Assembly: GCA_964650705.1 (NCBI GenBank)
Contig: CAZYUJ010000008.1
Span: forward strand, 6,762-70,761
Origin: an uncultured Oscillospiraceae bacterium
GTDB lineage: Bacteria > Bacillota > Clostridia > Oscillospirales > Ruminococcaceae
Direction: 5' to 3'
DNA: 64,000 nt
How positions within the stretch are numbered: position 1 is the first letter of the stretch; each line of letters starts with the position of its first letter. Both the position numbers and the translations under genes were made by a program. The notes below the pieces were generated by a model. The model was not told where the DNA came from. It ran no database searches and saw only the letters and a list, made by a program, of their open reading frames with translations. Below, piece by piece: positions 62,921 through 64,000 of the stretch.

Positions 62921-64000
62921 AAACGCCTTCGACGACGAGTTTGCCGTCAGCGGCAGTTACATTTATTGTGCGAAGCTTGATCTCACCCGAGGTGATGATA
63001 AGATTTGCTATCTTATCCTCGACCTCTTTTCGGATTACGCGGCGGATATCACGGGCGCCGTATTTTGCATTAAATGCGATTGAAGCGATCGCCTCTTCGG
63101 CGGCACGATCAAATGTGAACATGATAAGCTTATCAGCCAAAGGAGCTTCCATTTCCTTAAGCATAAGGTGTGCGATATCGGCATAATTTTCCTCGGTTAA
63201 GGGATTGAACACGACGATCTCATCAACACGGCTGATGAACTCTGGTCTTAGGAAATCACGAAGACCTTTCATCGCTCTATCCTTAGAGATCTCAGCTTGA
63301 CTTCTTTCAAAGCCCATACCCGATTTATCTGTTGAGCCCGCGTTAGAAGTCATGATTATGACGGTATTCTCAAACGAAACGCTTCTTCCCTGTGCGTCAT
63401 TAACTCTGCCCTCATCGAGAATCTGAAGAAGGATATTCATAACGTCGGGATGAGCTTTTTCGATCTCGTCGAACAAGACAACGGAATAAGGCTTGCGGCG
63501 CACCTTTTCGGTGAGCTGACCTGCCTCGTCATATCCGACATAGCCCGGAGGCGAGCCGATAAGACGGGAAACCGTGTGCTTTTCCATATATTCTGACATA
63601 TCGATGCGGATCAGCGGTTCTGTTGCATCAAAAAGCTCCGAAGCGAGCGTTTTAGCAAGCTCTGTCTTTCCGACACCGGTGGGACCTACGAAGATAAACG
63701 ATGCAGGTCGGCGGCGTGAAGTGAGCTGAACTCGAGAACGGCGAACAGCCGAGCAAACAAGGTCGATAGCGTCTGGCTGGCCGATGATCTTTTTGCTCAG
63801 CGCTTCGTGAAGATTTCTTATTTTTGCATATTCAGATTCAACGATCTTGTTTGCGGGAATACCCGTCCAAAGCTCAATGACCTTTGACAGATCGGCATCT
63901 GTCACGCAAACCTTGTCAGCTTCGAGCTGTGCGGCAGCGTATTCAGCTTCAAGCTTTGATATCTCAGCCTTGGTTTTGACGATGTTTTCGTAATCAAGCT
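62919..64000 (-). CDS. Clp/Hsp100 AAA+ ATPase, ClpC-like, C-terminal part (gene continues beyond the window end)
   Basis: The D2 module has Walker A GPTGVGKTE, DEIEKAHPDV and the sensor region. The frame stays open upstream of the listed GVT start to position 64000 (…LEAEYAAAQLEADKVCVTDADL). Confidence 0.9.
   Translation of the reverse strand, partial: LDYENIVKTKAEISKLEAEYAAAQLEADKVCVTDADLSKVIELWTGIPANKIVESEYAKIRNLHEALSKKIIGQPDAIDLVCSAVRRSRVQLTSRRRPASFIFVGPTGVGKTELAKTLASELFDATEPLIRIDMSEYMEKHTVSRLIGSPPGYVGYDEAGQLTEKVRRKPYSVVLFDEIEKAHPDVMNILLQILDEGRVNDAQGRSVSFENTVIIMTSNAGSTDKSGMGFERSQAEISKDRAMKGLRDFLRPEFISRVDEIVVFNPLTEENYADIAHLMLKEMEAPLADKLIMFTFDRAAEEAIASIAFNAKYGARDIRRVIRKEVEDKIANLIITSGEIKLRTINVTAADGKLVVEGV

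Overview
This is a 64-kb chromosomal window from a moderately AT-rich Firmicute. Gene content suggests Clostridia, Oscillospiraceae/Ruminococcaceae-like (inference): MurJ/SpoVB-hup-S4(yabO) synteny, a SpoIIM-like protein, Prp-processed L27, and T-box and THF riboswitches. I support about 58 CDS, roughly 80% on the minus strand. Most are housekeeping: ychF, trpS, ireB, pheST (with a Phe T-box leader), HAD-mntP-tgt-queA, asd-dapA-dapB, pcrA, gpmI-tpiA-pgk, trmL, pdxK, a THF-riboswitch-controlled folT-like gene, pfkA, cls, rluA-family, prmA, yebC, mrnC, obg, rplU-prp-rpmA and a partial clpC-like gene. Accessory content has three parts. (i) At 18.7-26.2 kb lie four tandem monocistronic genes for secreted proteins that share a non-LPXTG C-terminal anchor (PADTG + TM + KKR). 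Each has a perfect TTGACA-N17-TATAAT promoter, and two GH10 xylanase lipoproteins follow them. (ii) An ArsR/P1B-ATPase metal module. (iii) A GPH transporter plus GH2 glycosidase pair. I found no rRNA, tRNA, CRISPR array, IS/transposase, prophage or recognisable defence genes. The most striking unexplained signal is a family of at least nine GC-rich, strongly G-skewed intergenic elements of 50-140 bp. All have one polarity, are mosaically related and are often hairpin-forming. Several abut stop codons and one sits inside the pheST T-box leader. I cannot assign them to any described repeat or ncRNA family. Other points of interest: a Zn-ribbon/PASTA-like membrane pseudokinase (HRD->HRG, DFG->GFA), a degenerate EPSP-synthase-fold protein, a protease gene remnant, a mini-RNase III gene without a canonical start codon, and phased TTAAGA repeats upstream of a VanY-like gene. 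All calls come from reading the sequence and the ORF track. No database search was run.
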